In this document: piece by piece, positions 12,359 to 25,094 of the stretch
How the letters are laid out: the number at the start of each line of letters is the position of its first letter
How positions within the stretch are numbered: position 1 is the stretch's first letter
Origin: Felis catus
Taxonomy: Eukaryota
NCBI RefSeq assembly: GCF_018350175.1
Contig: NC_058368.1
Coordinates: forward strand, 198,402,001-198,466,000
DNA length: 64,000 nucleotides
Reading direction: 5' to 3'
The notes under the pieces: model-generated
The model's input: only the letters and a program-made list of their open reading frames with translations
Databases searched by the model: none
Told to the model about the DNA's origin: nothing
Translations under genes and position numbers: made by a program

Positions 12359-15300
12359 ATCAATTTTCTTAATATAAACTTTATATATAACAAAATTCCC
12401 CCATTTTAAGGTGGGGGGGGAGGGGCAAGATCATACACACCCCCGTGCAGAGATAAGCTAGAAGGACTCACAGGACTCAGCATATAGTTGGCACTCCAAG
12501 CTCACTACTTTAGGCTAAGTCTTAGTCCAGTGACGTAGTATAAAGGAATACATATGCAGCCTTTTCTTTTTTCTTTGTTTTTCTCCATACCATCTCCCCA
12601 CCCCCGCCCCAAACACAAGGAAAGAAGACCCAGGACCCTTGACGCTAAGCAGACGTCTCTGGGTATCCAGCCTGACATCGGAAATGGGCCACAGGGAAGG
12701 AATAGGATTATGAACTTTCCTAATCTGGAAATGTAGGCCCTCAAGCGACATGTTCCGAGGATGTAGGTGGAATTATATCACGTGCATACCCAGTGGACAA
12801 AGTGGGACATATGGTTCTACATAACTTACTTTAGTCCTCAAAAAACTCCTAGTAGGTGGTACTATTTTTGTTCCCATTTTATACATAAGGAAACTACAGT
12901 TTAGTAAAGTAACTTGTCTAACAAGTGGGAAAATTTAGATCCGAGCCCGGATTTGCTGACTGTCCCTAACCAGTATGTCTGACTGCTACTTGTGGCTGGC
13001 AACAAGGGGTGATCCACCTCATCATGACATATCCTCTCCAGATGTCCAGCCCTGGACCACGCTGAGCCTGAACTCCTCCTGCAGCAAAGGGCAGACCCAG
13101 AGCCAGATCTGGCTCCTGAAATGAGCCCCCTGAGACGCTCAACATTCCATTCAGCAAATGCTGATCAGGTACCTATGATGTATGGTTGGTGTTTAGGAGC
13201 TAAGAAGAAGTCTAACAGGATCCATGCTTCCTAAAATACCTTGCCATCTGTTTCAGGAAAGACGATCAGCACATATTACAGCATGTATAATACAAGGCAG
13301 TTTACAGTGAACTAAATTGTATGGTACTGACTATAATTTTTATAGCAATTCAGAAAAAAAAGAGGTGAATATGGACTGTTCTGACTCAGGAAAGGCTTTG
13401 TAAAGAAGGAACTTGAACCAAACACTCCAGGGTGGGTGGGATTTGGATAAGGAAACAGTCTCAGATGCCCTTACTAATCCTCTCCCCTACAACCAAATAC
13501 CAGCGTTGGATTCTTTCTTTTCTTTTCTGAGTTTTTAAAAAATTTTTTTTGGGGGGGGGGATAATTTCTTTTAAAGCCAGTGTTAGTGGGCTGTATATTT
13601 TTCTTTTTTTTTTTTTCAAATTCCACTAGATTCTACATTTAGTACAAAATGATATAAACACAAAATTTCAAAAACATGTTGCTATTAAAAGTATCTAACT
13701 TCTGGTCAGTGCTCATGGAATGTCTTGTGATTTCCTAAAACTGACTCTTCTGACCTGGTCACAAATAACGTCAATGTAGGACAAAGGCATCTGCCACCAT
13801 CTGAGAGATTTTTAGAACTATAATAAAACATATGGAATTAAGATGTCTACTTCCAAGGGCCTATTCTCTTTCCTAATTGTTAACAAGTTGACCAGAGCCT
13901 TTAAAGGAAAGCAGAGTTTTACCCATGAGCTGAGTCTTACTCCAAAGCTCCCCATTTCGCATTTGTAGGAAGGCCTGTCCCCACACCCATCCCAGGGTAG
14001 AGACAAACTCATATGCAACCTGAACTTGTTGGCTTTCTTGGCTCTCACATCCTGAATGATGCTCTGCAAAGGGCTAGAGATGCCACCTCCTTGGCAGGGG
14101 TCCTGAGTTCAGTCTCATGTCTGCTGGGGCAGGCTCAATGATCGTGGCCATGCCTCTGGGTTTGTCCCCTAACACAGCGTGCTTTGCATCTTTGGATCTG
14201 AAGGAGCATTGACAGTTGGATCTCTTGCTACATTGCAATGGTAACTGAACAGAGACTGGGCTAAATAAAACCACCATAACCCACATGGAGGACTTTGACA
14301 GGGAGGATGGTTTGGATGAGGTTCTACCTGTGCCAGAGATCCCAAACACGGTCAGCTGCCAACCAGCTTTGCTGACTGTTGATTGATGGTAAGCAAGAAG
14401 CTCCTCGTGCACCCCAATCTCCAGAACAAGGGAAGGAGAAGGGAGCCCTGGGAGCAGGGATGGGGGTAAACCCACAGGACAGAGGAGAGCCTAGAAAGAA
14501 GCTGGATGACACTGTCCTCATTCACTCCCGAATGAACCTGGGTGTGGTCATATTCTTTAACTCTCCCTTTCAGCATTGTGTTGTTCTGGAATTTATAACC
14601 CCAGATCGCAACAGCAATCCCAAGCTAAATTCCTAAAACACTCCTAACTGGTCCCTGCCTCCTACCTCTGGTGTCTCCCTCAGTCTGACCTTTCCCACAC
14701 AGTGGAACCAGATTAGTCTTCCCATGTATAACTTGGTCTGCAACTCTGTTTATTCAGGGTTTGTTCATGTTACCCTGTAGCCTAGGGAGGATATACAAGA
14801 CAACCGAAGTGGACCCTCGGCCGTGGGATTCACAGGTACACCACAACCTATCCGCACAGGCTGCTCTGATCTCATATCTCATCTCTCATGATGTTCTTTA
14901 AGTGGCCCACAGCCCCCCTGGGGCTCGGGCTCAGCTCTTTTGATGGGCCTTTATCTCTTCCCTCCAGTTTTCTAGCTTCCTCAGCATCCTTTGGAGTCCC
15001 ACCCCCTACATTAAGCCCCCTGGAGAACTCTTGGCCCCTGCTTCACACGACATGGAATAACAGAATGACAGTGCTTACTTTTGAGCAAAGTTTTCCCTAA
15101 AGCAAAGGGAAAACGTCCTGAGTTATGCCCTATTGTGTGAATTTCCCCAAGGAGCACATCCTATTTCTAGCAAACAGAATGCCTCTGCTGTGAGCTCCTT
15201 GCATTCAGAGATCGGGCCTCATTCTTCTCAACACTGTTGAGACAGATGATACTTAGAATGAGCTCAATCAATATTGGCGGGTGGGGGGGGGGGAAGTGGC

Positions 15301-15392
15301 CATTTTTTCTGAGCTTGTAATTTGTAGACAAATCTATACTTGCAAGGAGCCTTAAAGATAAAACATAAATTGGCTTGAAATCTTAATACATC

Positions 15393-15580
15393 TTTTTAAG
15401 TTTATTTATTTTGAGAGAGAGAGAGATCAGGCACGAGCAGGGGAGGGGCAGAGAGGGAGGGGGAGAGGGAGAAGGAGAGAATCCTAAGCCTGCTTTATGC
15501 CCAGCCTGGAGCCCGACTCGGGGCTTGATCTCACAAACCATGAGTCGGACACTTCACTGACTGAGCCACCCAGGTGCCCC
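15393..15580 (-). mobile_element. Can-SINE (diverged, small internal deletion)
   Basis: tttatttattttgagagag...gactgagccacccaggtgcccc. Confidence 0.85.
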
Positions 15581-15743
15581 ATTAGCACACTTCAAAACAT
15601 CTATTCCCAGTCTGGAGCCAAACAGAAGGTATGTGTTTGACCTAGCTATTGAATGAATTAAATAATTAAAGGCTAGAACTGCTTGGCTCTTAGGATCTTT
15701 AAAATTATGAACACGAATCATGAATTGTAAGAGTAAGCATCTA

Positions 15744-15750
<7 letters not shown>

Positions 15751-15812
<62 letters not shown>

Positions 15813-15820
15813 GAGAGAGA
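15751..15820. repeat. (GA)n microsatellite
   Basis: Long GA run with a degenerate end; it explains the MRERERE ORF. Confidence 0.95.
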
Positions 15821-16326
15821 AGGGGGAGAGAGAACAGTCCCCCTGAGATACCAATTAGTCCATCTCTTTCCGAATCCATACGTTCTAGACTCTTTTTTAA
15901 AGCACCATCAAAACAAACCTTTCAGGATCTGCTAAATGAGGCAACCCTTCAAAAGTGTATGTAAAACACGGTTGTAAATCTAGGTTTTATGAGAGGAAAT
16001 GACAGAAGGATAGTGTCTGTGAAGGCTAGACTTTGCAAAGCTGTTCTGTAAATGCTTTTTATTTTATGGACCAGTTTTATAATCCCCATCAGGCACATGC
16101 CTACCCTGGAATTACTCATGTGTGTGTGCGTGTGTGTGTGTGTTCCAGCCAGTGGTTACCTGAGCCAGACTGTATGAACTCATTAAATGATTAAATGTCT
16201 ACCCGAGGAAAACAAATGCATTACTGATAGATGACTATTGGGTCCATCTGGCAAATGCAAAAAACATCTTGCTCCTAAGGAAAATATATTTCTTTTATTC
16301 AACTTACATATTTAGAAACTACTGGG

Positions 16327-16354
16327 TTTTTTCTTTAAGTTTTATTTATTTATT

Positions 16355-16386
<32 letters not shown>

Positions 16387-16533
16387 CAAGTGCAGGAGGG
16401 GTAGAGACAGAATCCCCAAGCAGGCTTCACACTGTCAGTGCAGAGCCCAGGGTGGGTCTCAAACCCATGAACCTTGAGATCATGACCTAAGCCAAGGCAG
16501 GACGCTTAACTGACTGAGCCACCCAGGCACCCC
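16327..16533 (-). mobile_element. Can-SINE
   Basis: Antisense SINE with (GA)n and a ...gagccacccaggcacccc end. Confidence 0.9.
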
Positions 16534-16566
16534 ACTACTCTTTGTTTGTTTTTTAATTCCTTGAAA

Positions 16567-16626
16567 GGGAGGAAAATGCACATTACAATATTTCTAGGGA
16601 GGAAAATGCACATTACAATATTTCTA
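16567..16626. repeat. Perfect 30-bp tandem duplication
   Basis: gggaggaaaatgcacattacaatatttcta x2. Confidence 0.95.
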
Positions 16627-16699
16627 AGGCCAGCCACACCTTCCCCAGGACCTTGCCATGCAAGTCCTCCTGGGAACATACTAAGATTCTTCCCCATCT

Positions 16700-16919
16700 T
16701 TTTTTTTTTTTTAACTTTTTTTTTTTTTTTTTTGAGACAGTGAGAGACAGAGCATGAACGGGGGAGGGGCAGAGAGAGAGGGAGACACAGAACCGGAAGC
16801 AGGCTCCAGGCTCTGAGCCATCAGCCCAGAGCCCGACACGGGGCTCGAACTCACGGACCGCGAGATCGTGACCTGAGTTGAAGTCGGACGCTTAACCGAC
16901 TGAGCCACCCAGGCACCCC
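16700..16919 (-). mobile_element. SINEC_Fc with a long poly(T) tail
   Basis: Near-consensus body; TSD ttccccatct (16690-16699 and 16922-16931). Confidence 0.95.
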
Positions 16920-18929
16920 AGTTCCCCATCTCTGATTAATTTTCTTTTCAATCGACAGAGGAAGTGCAGGAGGCTGCGCTCACGCAGACAACAGGCAAGC
17001 ATCTGGAACCAGGTCACCTATTCTCTCCATCACTGTCCCTCTCCCTGGAGTACTGGGGCTTCTCACTGCTGCTATACATCTGATTTATTTTGGGTTCTCC
17101 TGGGATCAGGTCAAAAATGGCTCCTCCCAGCAGCAGCTTCGGCCTATAGCTAAAGGCCCAGCTAAGGCACAATCCGTTAGCTAAAGCTTAGCTTTCAGCT
17201 GACCGTGGCTTCCTATTTGCAAGTACGCCGCTGGAGAATAAGAAGGACAAGGCGAGGGCTGGCCAGACACTACATTTGGAGGCAAGGGAGCAGGCACTGG
17301 GGCCTCTGAGGCAAGCTCTGGGGACCAGGAAGGAAATGATTGGCATCTCCAGCACAGAAGCCAGTGGACACACACTCAGATCCTATCTCCTGTCTCTGGT
17401 TATACAAACGGAGAATGACTTTGTTGAGAGAAGGGCTTAATTTTCCTTTCTTCTCTGGCAGGTAACTCCCCTGCCATTTGGGGCATAGAGATGTTTGTGA
17501 TGTATCACATTGCAATTGACATGTTTGTTTCAACAGTAAATTAAGTCATCAGACTTGATTAATGGGCTTGGGTTGAAGACTTGAGAGTCATGGAGCTCAC
17601 CTGACATCCAGAAATAGCACAAGGACTTGCCCAGAAATTTCCACAGCTACAGACAGAGCGCCTTCCTAAAGAACTATGATTACAGATGGGTAGGAGGTGG
17701 GGCCCAACCCGCCTGGGAGAAAATAGCATTTTTGTGTAATAATGAGCAACCTAACTTGCAAATCTGTGGCATTCTTCTTGCTTTGTGTCAGGCTTGGATC
17801 TGACCTAGTTACTTTTTCACACTGTGGGCTCTAGAAGTTTGTGGGAGTGCCAACAACCACACATGGGGACTTGCTCAGGTCCTGCACTTACAACCCAGAA
17901 CTGGATGGAAGGAAACAACTGTAACTCCTCCCCTGGCTTTTCCACACCTTCAGCCACCCTTTCTCAGGTTTTCACAAGCCTTCACGACAGCCACGCCCTC
18001 AGCTCTTACTGGATCCCACTCCATCCCTACATCTGCTTTCATCTCGTGAATTCTCCCCCTCCCCTTCCTCCTGAGTTACTTTGTTCAGCCTGATGTCGCT
18101 GAAAGAACAGAGACGTCAGTACCAATTCTAGCACTGTCATAAACCAGCTGTGTGACTGTAGATAAGTTGCTTAATCTCTCTGGGCTCCACTGTTGTCCTA
18201 GATAAAGATGAATCCTATCAAAAGCAAAAGTCCTAGTCCTAGGACTCTGCTCCGTCTCCCTTGAGTTGGCCTCAGTTTGTACTTTCCAGAATCCTCACTT
18301 CTAATGCTTTCTCCTGCCAATTGCTGGAGCAGGTGGGCAGAGGGGCAGGGGTGTGTGTGTGTGATATTTTGATATGCATTCATGAAACATCCATGTCTTT
18401 CTCACCCTCATCCTAGTCCTAGTTAATGCTGTCTGACAGGATAAATGATTCGCCAAGGTGTCATGGCTAGGAACTGATGGAGTTAGAGGGCTGGGGTTTG
18501 AACGAAGCCCAGAATCCAGTCCTCATTTAGAAACACACAGCTACTTGCTCCATACCAAGTAAAACTGCCATGGCCCTGTTAGGGGGAAGAAGAACGATCC
18601 ACGTGTCTTTCAGCCATTATTTCAAGTTCACCTACCACTCTAATGAACTGGATGGGGTTTGAAGGAGCCAAACATCATCACCATGAAGATTCAGAACCAC
18701 ACCATTGCCATTTGGGTAAAGGCTGTTGCTCCCAGAGGACTGAGGTCTACTGTGATCAAACCCAAGCATTTAGTTCAGATTGGAATCCAGAGGCTGAAAA
18801 ATTCCCCAAGGGCTTCATTCCCACTGATCACCCTGCTGACGTGGGTCCAAACCACTGCATCTGAAGGGCTCCAAGCCTCAGGGATGCCTGCCACCAACAG
18901 CTGCCTCACGTTCCTTGAGGGTCTAGTCA

Positions 18930-19428
18930 CTATGGTTTCATGACACGTCACACCAAAACTTAATGGCATAGAACAACCACTTGCTGCGTTCATGGATTCT
19001 CTGGGCTGGAATATACACAGGGGATGGGAAGGTGGCTTGTCTCTGATGCACCTTGTCTAAAGCTTCAACTGGCGAGACTCAAAGGCTGGGGACTGGAATC
19101 ACCTGAAGGCTTGCCCACTGAGAACTCCAGCACCAGGACTAGGAAGACTCCAATAGCCAAGCTCTTTGAGCATCTCTCTCTTTCCCTCCAGCATGGTGGA
19201 TTCAGTGTGGCTGGACTCCCCATAGGACACCTCAGGGCTCCAAAGGCATGTGTCCCAGCAGAGTCAGGCCGGGTGGAGGCTTTGGCACCATCTATGAAGC
19301 AGCTCCAGAAGTCACACAGCAGCATTTCTACCACATTCTATTCATCGAGCAGTCACAAGGTTGAAGGGGGCAGGCAAGGTGGCAGAGGAGCAGATAGGAC
19401 CCATTTTTGAAAACTATATTCTGTTAAA
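18930..19428 (-). mobile_element. MaLR LTR (MLT1E/F-like)
   Basis: ccaaaacttaatggcatagaacaacc...ctggaatcacctgaaggctt...cctccagcatggtgg...gaagtcacacagcagcatttctaccacattctatt motifs. Confidence 0.55.
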
Positions 19429-19779
19429 CTTCAGGATTCTCTGAGCCTGGCCCTGATCTCTGGGAGACTAAGCCCTGGTCATACGGGTTTTGACCAAAGT
19501 CACTTGGTACCAGTGGGGCCTTGGGAATGAAGTGAAAGCAACCGTTTTTGACTCTGCACCTGGCTGGATGTCTCTAGGCAGTCTCAGCGGTTCCAGCCCT
19601 TTGTGCAGGCACAGACACACACACCAGTCCAGATCATCTCAACTCCCACTGATTCTTGTTCCCTGACATCTCTCACACCACCTCTCCTTTCCTTTCCCAT
19701 TCCAGCCACCCTAATCCCAGTCCTTTGATTTGTTGCCAGTGGCAAAGTCTGCTAATCGTCCTTAATATCCATTTTCTCT

Positions 19780-20219
19780 TTCTCCTTTTGAACACACCTC
19801 TCATTTTTAGCTGGACATAGGACCCCAAATAAAGATTACATTTCCCAGCCTCCCTTGCCAGTAGCAAGGTTTCTGAGGCTAGGCTCTAACTAATGACATC
19901 TTTGGTGGTTTTAAATCATGACCCCAGAATTCTTTGGTGGTCCTCTCTTTGGAAGGTGGGGTCTAGGTCCCATCCCCTGAATGTAGGCACTGTGATTACT
20001 TGACCAAATGTGATTCTATGCCCATCTCTGGATCTAAGTCTTAAGAAATGGGCAGTTTTGGGGGACCTGAGTGGCTCAGTTGGTTAAGCATCCAACTTCG
20101 GCTCAGGTCATGATCTCGCAGTTTGTGGGTTCAAACCTCACATCGGGCTCTGTGCTGACAGCTCAGAGTCTGGAGCCTGCTTCAGATTCTGTGTCTCCTT
20201 CTCTCTGCACCTCCCCACA

Positions 20220-20272
<53 letters not shown>

Positions 20273-20830
20273 AAATAAATAAAACATTTTTTTAAATTAA
20301 AAACAAAGAAAAAAATGGGCAGCTTCCACTTCTGCTCTTGAGACACTGCCCTCAGAACTCAGACACCAAGCTGGGAGGAAGGCAGGCAGCCTCACCAGAC
20401 GTCCACACAGACATTTCCAACCACAGCGTCGTGAGGAATCAGGTGACAGCATTTGCCCTCAGGTGTGCAAGTGACCAAGCCTGCTGATGGTTCCAGATCT
20501 CACCTGTTGAGTACCCTGCAGCCTTCGGGCCACCCATGCTGCTGCTGTCACGGGCAGAGACGGGCTGTCCCACAGCATCCTGCCTACATTGCAGATTCAT
20601 GAGGAAAATAAAGGATTGCTCTGTTTTAGGCCACGAAATTAGGGTGGTTTGTCACGTGGCCATTGATCACTGGAACGGCATTAAACAGATATGTGCCACC
20701 CTCCCTGCACGGGACTACTGATCTCTGAGCTACTTCTTGTGTCTTCAGGACGGAATGAAAATCTACTTTGTTTAGGCTGTTATGTTATCTGCCACTCACA
20801 GCGAAACTTCCTCCTACAGGATATACCACA
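19780..20830 (+). mobile_element. Nested MaLR LTRs (an older MLT1 interrupted by an MLT1E/F-like LTR at about 19903-20678)
   Basis: gattacatttcccagcctcccttgc (older MLT1), then tggtggttttaaatcatgacccc...cattgcagattcatgagg...gatcactggaac, then an older-LTR-like tail. Confidence 0.5.
20060..20312 (+). mobile_element. Can-SINE with expanded (CT)n, inside the LTR
   Basis: SINE head and tail; TSD aaatgggcag. Confidence 0.92.
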
Positions 20831-21309
20831 GCAGACTGTTACCTGCTATCCTTGTGTCCACACACTTCCAATCCGGCTACCACACTACTCTAACATTTGG
20901 CTAATGCTCTATCTTCTGTACTGTGTCCCATTTCCAAGGGAACTCAGTCCAAATTTCTTTGCCTGGCACTCCATGGCCATTGTTATTCTAGCTCTCCTGA
21001 CCTCTGTATCTCCTGCTACTTCTTTTATTCATATTTTTCAAGCCATGGTATTTGTACCTCTGGGGATATGGGCAGGGTGCCAGGGGCTACTCAAAGCCCC
21101 AGGATAATGTACAGTATGGGGACTATAGTTAATAATACTGTACTGAATATATGAAAATTTCTAATAGATCTAAAAAGTTCTTGTCACAACAAAAACTACT
21201 TTCCAGAATCAATTTTACAATGTGGAGGAAAAAGGACTTTTAATTCTTTTCTTGATAACAATTTCAATATTTTAATAAATTAATATAACTGTCCATATAT
21301 TAAGAATAT

Positions 21310-21346
21310 TGTGTGTGTGTGTGCATGTGTGTGCGTGTGTGTGCGT

Positions 21347-21388
<42 letters not shown>
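21310..21388. repeat. (TG)n/(TGCG) compound microsatellite
   Basis: Direct inspection; about 80 bp of alternating purine-pyrimidine. Confidence 0.95.
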
Positions 21389-21390
<2 letters not shown>

Positions 21391-21509
21391 CAGGTAAAAT
21401 CTGAAGCCATTTCCTGCTGATGGAAGGCTAATTTGAGCTATACTGCAATGCTCCAGGTCATTCTACCTCTACCAATAGGGGTACTTTGCTATAAAGTTTG
21501 AGAAGCATG

Positions 21510-22050
21510 CTTTTGTCACTTAGAAATGCATTCAACGGTGGGGCGATGAAGACTTAAAGTTAGCTTACACAGTAGTAACTGAGGAGTTAGCACTTGACTG
21601 TCCCTGATTCAGGCGCTCATTAACCTTGGAGCCGGGGACTGTGGGATTCCCTCACCCCTTCCTTCATACTTGTCCGCAGGTCATTTCCTGGGCCTTTGTT
21701 TTCTGCTGTCACAAAATGGTTGCTGTAGCTCCAGACAGCAAATCCATGTTCAAGGCAGTTAAAAGACAAGAGGATAGAGGGTTGCTAGTCTCATATTCCA
21801 TTCCTATTAGGCCAAGCAAAATCCTTCTGCAAGCCCCTATGAGATCTTTACTTAATTCTCACTGGTCAGAACAGTTACACGGTCACTTCTGGATGAAAAA
21901 GAGGCTAGCAACATGAGTCAACCAATCAGCTGGGGCTGGGCAGCTTGTGTCATTCCCGTCACTCCCATCAATTTCCCTCCCTTCAATTAGTGTTCTATCA
22001 GCAAAGAGGAAAGGGGACTAGATGTGGGGGAGGCACTTAGTGACTGTCAC
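21510..22050 (-). mobile_element. Old MaLR LTR (MLT1J/K/L-like)
   Basis: caaaatggttgctgtagctccag...tccatgttcaaggcag...tctcactggtcagaac...gttctatcagcaaagaggaaagggga motifs. Confidence 0.45.
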
Positions 22051-23245
22051 AGTACCCTTCTCTCCAGCCAACTTGGCTTTCTGGTTGATCCTAGAGCCTG
22101 ACACATAATAGGGGCCAAAGAAACAAGCCACTATCATTTGGGGGAGCAGAAATGGCAAATGTGCAGCACACACGGTCTCCCCTCTCCCAAACGCACCCTT
22201 AGTCTCAGGTGGAGGGCCCCTTGCCCGCTGGAACCCAGTATTGTTGTGAGCCGAAGGGAAAGCCATGTCCCTCCAGACACAGAACCCAGCATCTGGGAGC
22301 GACCAAAAGAACTCTCTGTCCAGGTCGCAGATCCATTTCCACTCACCCCCAGAGAAAAGGGGAAGTGTCCGTGAGGGCATTTCTCGAGGACACCACCTCT
22401 CAAATATTCAGCAAAAGTAGAGATTTCGACCCAGCCCAATGAACACCCTACTCGTGCAGCACAGTTTTCTTTGCATTTGCAGACTGAAATCAGAACTAAG
22501 GACTCAGAGCAGTTTGAGCTGTACTTCAATTACCCAGTCTGTTGTGTTCAGAGCGGCTGAAGACTCCTTGGAAATGGCAGAGGTGCTGCCTTAGAAGGAA
22601 GACGGGCTTTATTTTTTCTATAGGTGCTTTTTGAGACGACTCCACGGTCTGTGGAAGAAAGAAGTGAGACCGGAAGGGCTTGTAGTTAGTCACCTCCAGA
22701 GCTGGCCACTCGGCCTGTTGCTTTGACTTGGCACCACGAGAGGGAGGGAGGGGCCCCGTGGTTCCTTTCCAGGTTTTCCCCATGCCTTCCCTCTGCATAC
22801 AGGAAGGCGCACATGGGGCCAAGACACAGATCACTGAACTTGAGAAGGAAAACGCAGGAGCCCTCATCCAACCCAGAAGTCATAAAGGAACAGCAGAAAA
22901 GGTCTCTAATGTACGGGGTGGGTTTCCGTAGTCGTCTGCCAGGCCTACATTTCTGAATCATCTCTTAACACTTGGCAAAGAGGCTTAGATGTTGAAAACT
23001 CCCTTTTTGGCCAGAGAACTGGAAGGATCATATCTGTAAACAACAATGGGTTTTAACTTTTTTGTATTATAGTAACTTTCACTTTAAATTAGTCGATGTT
23101 TTAACAGGAACACTCTCTTAGGTTGAAGTTTTTACCTATTCCTCAAGTCACCTGACCAAGCAGGTTTCCAAAAGTAACAGGACTTTCTTTAAATCCTTAA
23201 TATTTGGACTCCCTTAATATGATGCTTGTAGGTGATCAGACTCTA

Positions 23246-23273
23246 TTTTTTTTTATGTTTTGTTTTTTTTTTT

Positions 23274-23319
<46 letters not shown>

Positions 23320-23481
23320 GAGCACAAGCAGGGTAGGGACAGAGAGAGAGGGCCTCTGAAGCAGGCTCCAGACTCTGAGCTGTCAGCACAGAGCCCGATG
23401 CAGGGTTCGAACTTATGAACTGTGAGATCATGACCTGAGCTGGAGTCAAACACTCAACCGACTGAGCCACCCAGGCACTTC
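23246..23481 (-). mobile_element. Can-SINE
   Basis: Antisense SINE; flanking repeat cagactct. Confidence 0.9.
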
Positions 23482-23876
23482 CAGACTCTGTATTTTCTGA
23501 TGCTCTCTTGGTGGTGGTAGCAAGTTCATTGGTATTTTTTGAATACTAACTTTGTGCTAACAGTGCTGGCCCTGTGGAGAAAAGAAAGGGAGTCTATGAG
23601 TCACCCACCTAATTGCATAGAATATAATTTCATGCTAATTATTAGGCTGAATTTCTTAGACCTATTTAAGATTGATTAAATAAATGATGATTAAGCATTC
23701 AAGGGGTACTTCGTACAACTATGAAATGATACTGCAGATCTATAGAGATGTGGATAACTGTGTTTACATCCGGGGACTGCTATAACACAGTACTTGTCAC
23801 AAATTTTGGTGGCTTAAAGCAACAGACATTTATTCTCACAGTTATGGAGGACAGAAGTCCAAAATTGAAGTGTCAG

Positions 23877-24312
23877 AAAGAAAATGAAAACAGTAATTCA
23901 AAAAGATATACGCACCCCTATGTTTATTGCAGTATTGCTTACAATAGTCAAAATATGGAAGCAATCCAAGTGTCCATCGATAGATGAAAAGATAAAGAAT
24001 ATATAGTATATATATCATGGAATATTAGTCAGCCATAAAAAAGAATGACATCTTGCTGTTTGTGACAACATGGATAGACCTAGAGGGTATTATGCTGAGT
24101 GAACTAAGTCAGATACAGACAGACAAATACCATATGATTAAACTCATATGTGGAATCTAGAACACAAAAATAAAAATCAAAAGAAAGCAAAAAGAGACCC
24201 CAAAATACAGAGAATAAACTGATGGTTGCTAGAGGGAAGGGGGAAAAGGGGAGGGGCAAAATGGGTGAAGGGGAGTGGGAGATACAGGCTCCCAGTTATG
24301 GAATGAATACAT
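23877..24312 (+). mobile_element. L1 (carnivore/L1MA-like) ORF2 end and 3' UTR fragment
   Basis: cacccctatgtttattgcag...gtgtccatcgatagatgaa...gagggtattatgctgagtgaa...ctgatggttgctagaggg. Confidence 0.85.
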
Positions 24313-24843
24313 TCTCTGACACTCCCCCCAAAACAGTGGGATCTTTGCCCCCTCCCCTTGAATCTCAGTGAGCTTGTGACTTCTTTGACCAATACAGTAT
24401 GGCAGAAATGATGTTATATGACTTCCATGGCTAGATCACAAAAGGCCACACAACTTCTACCCTGTTTACTCATAGAACCTCAAGGCACCATATAAGAAGT
24501 CTGACTACCCTGAGGCCACCATGTTGTAAGGAAGTCCAAGTCATGTGGAAAAGCCACAGGTAGTCAACAATCCCAACTGGGCTCAAAACTCCAATGAACT
24601 CAACCCAGGTGCTAGCTCTGTGAATGAAGAAAGAAGCCTGCGGTTGTTTCCAGACCCCAGACGTTCCAATTATCCTCAGCCATTTGAGTTTTCCCAGCTG
24701 AGGTCCCAGCCTTCATAGAGCTGAGGCAAGTCATCTTGATATCTCCTGTCCAAACTCCTCGCCCAGAGAATTCACGAGCCATAACGAGGTGGTTGCTGTT
24801 TTGCACATTTTATGTCTTGTGTGGCAATAAATCATGAATAAAC
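24313..24843 (+). mobile_element. MaLR LTR (MLT1F-like)
   Basis: ccctccccttgaatct...gtgacttctttgaccaatacagtatggcagaa...ctgactaccctgaggccaccatg...ccagctgaggtcccag. Confidence 0.6.
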
Positions 24844-24983
24844 ATTATGTACAGTATAGTCATATTTTTTAAAAAGTATGAATGTATGTGCATGCACAGG
24901 AAATACCTAGGACGTTTGACCCCAAACTGTTAACAGAGATTATTTGGGGGGGAGGGGTATACTCTTATTTATACTTTTCTCTA

Positions 24984-25094
24984 TTTTTAAAGATTTTATT
25001 TTTAAGTAATCTCTACTCCCAATGTGGAGCTCCAACTCCCAACTCCCAAGACCAAGGGTCACATGCTCCACAGACTGAGCCAGCCAAGTGCCCC
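24984..25094 (-). mobile_element. Short old Can-SINE (SINEC_old-like)
   Basis: taaagattttatttttaagtaatctctac...gactgagccagccaagtgcccc; TSD tatactttt. Confidence 0.8.
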
